From assembly GCA_038087875.1 (NCBI GenBank), contig CM075990.1, positions 11,596,001 to 11,660,000 of the forward strand: DNA of 64,000 bases, read 5' to 3'. Below, piece by piece: positions 62,418-64,000 of the stretch (the stretch's first letter is position 1; every line of letters begins with the position of its first letter). The translations under genes and the position numbers were made by a program. The stretch is from Malacoraja senta (lineage: Eukaryota). The notes beneath the pieces were generated by a model. The model saw only the letters and a list, made by a program, of their open reading frames with translations. It had not been told where the DNA came from and did no database searches.

Positions 62418-62731
62418 GTCACCATTTTAAATGTGTAAGAAGGAACTGCAGATGCTGGTTTAAAATCGAAGATAGACACAAAATGCTGGAGTAACTCAGC
62501 GGGACAGGCAGCATCCCTGAAGAGATGGAATGGGTGACGTTTCGGGTCGAGACCCTTCTTCAGACTGAAGAAGGGTCGCGACCCGAAACGTCACCCATTC
62601 TCTTCACTCCAGAGATGCTGCCTGTCCTGCTGAGAAGGATCTCGACCCGAAACGTCACCCATTCTTTCGCTCCAGAAATGCTGCCTATCCCACCGAGTCA
62701 CTCCAACATTTTGTGTCTGTCACCATTTTAA
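62418..62731. mobile_element. Fold-back PLE mini-element with three ribozyme-motif copies and 13-bp TSD
   Basis: gtcaccattttaa at 62418-62430 and 62719-62731; motifs at ~62535-62563 (-), 62565-62593 (+), ~62632-62657 (+, partial). Confidence 0.9.
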
Positions 62732-63164
62732 TATCAGTTTTCCACTGTTACTTCTGCCCTTGCCGACTGCTTGGTGAAAAAAAAAAGATAATGTTTGCAA
62801 AGAAGGAATTACTGATCTCATTACGTGTAGAAAAATGACAGGACATCAGTATATTAAAGTATGTATGGAAAGGTCAATGAGCTTGAATGTGACCTGTCAC
62901 AGTTATGGAGGCAGAGGAGCCTTAATAAGTGTACCGTGCCCTGGGAAAGTAAGAACAGGTATTCCAAAAAGAAGTCTTTCCCCAGTGTAACATCTTGTTC
63001 ACAGTAGATATTAATATTCCTTACAAGAGATCCAGTATAATTTTCTAATATAGATGCGACAGAGGTGAGAAACGCGGGGTCATATACAAGGTCGTCATCG
63101 ATAAATCCAATGGAAAATTCAGAACAAAATTATTTATCTTGAGTGTGCAGGATAACTTGTTACA

Positions 63165-63332
<168 letters not shown>

Positions 63333-63802
63333 AAAAAAATCTTTTATTCAGCTTTCAGGACAAATCCTGTTTCCCTAATGCCCTTGAAGATCTGGTGGAG
63401 GATGCTTAAATGGGATAACATGGAACTAGTGTGTGGGTGATCAATGGTCAGCGTGAACTCGGTGGGCCGAAGGGCCCGTTTCCATGCGGTATCTCTAAAC
63501 AAAACTAAACTTGGAGGTTTCCGCAGGAGGAGCAGCGGAGTGGGACTAATTAATTGTGTTAAAAGGCTCCTGCTTATGTTCGGTATCATTTATTCAACTA
63601 AATGCAAGCATGACTGGTTGTTACATCTCACTGCAGCCAAACACATGCATGAAATTATTTTCTCTGATTCCAGGGGTATTTAAAGAACTGGAGCTGCTCA
63701 ACAATCTTAGTCGCTTGGAACTAATCAGTTACATGGGTCAGGCTAATTGTCCCGACAATCACAAAAGGAAGTAAGCAAACCATTAAAAAATGACTTAGTC
63801 AA

Positions 63803-64000
63803 ACAAGATGGATGCCAGACAAGATGGATGCCAGACAAGATGGATGCCAGACAAGATGGATGCCAGACAAGATGGATGCCAGACAAGATGGATGCCAGAC
63901 AAGATGGATGCCAGACAAGATGGATGCCAGACAAGATGGATGCCAGACAAGATGGATGCCAGACAAGATGGATGCCAGACAAGATGGATGCCAGACAAGA
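63803..64000. repeat. 16-bp minisatellite (acaagatggatgccag)n, at least 12 copies, runs off the window
   Basis: Perfect tandem units. Confidence 0.98.

Noticed and set aside
63743..63998. Repetitive ORFs (SGIHLVWHPSCLASIL)n
   Set aside because: Translations of the 16-bp minisatellite.

Overview
Eukaryotic, repeat-dense genomic DNA with no protein-coding gene I can recognise; it is probably a large intron or gene desert. The repeat set indicates a cartilaginous fish, probably a skate or ray (inference): HE1-type V-SINEs sharing a 3' tail with CR1/HER1 LINEs, plus Deu-domain SINE relics. The window holds about 17 HE1-like SINE copies or fragments, many CR1 3' ends, Rex1/Babar, L2 and L1 fragments, PIF/Harbinger MITEs, micro- and minisatellites and a 200-N assembly gap. 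The dominant signal is a very dense set (about 40 by eye) of Penelope-like element (PLE) remnants. Their 3' repeat carries a minimal hammerhead-ribozyme-like motif (CUGAAGA-stem II-GAAACGUY). Many occur as ~150-300 bp fold-back mini-elements flanked by 11-14 bp target-site duplications. One PLE insertion contains an inverted 124-bp copy of neighbouring unique DNA at the ribozyme boundary. The supplied ORFs are TE fragments, simple repeats or spurious frames; two weak candidate terminal exons on the minus strand are flagged. All family assignments come from reading motifs by eye, not database searches, and boundaries are approximate unless a TSD or TIR is quoted.
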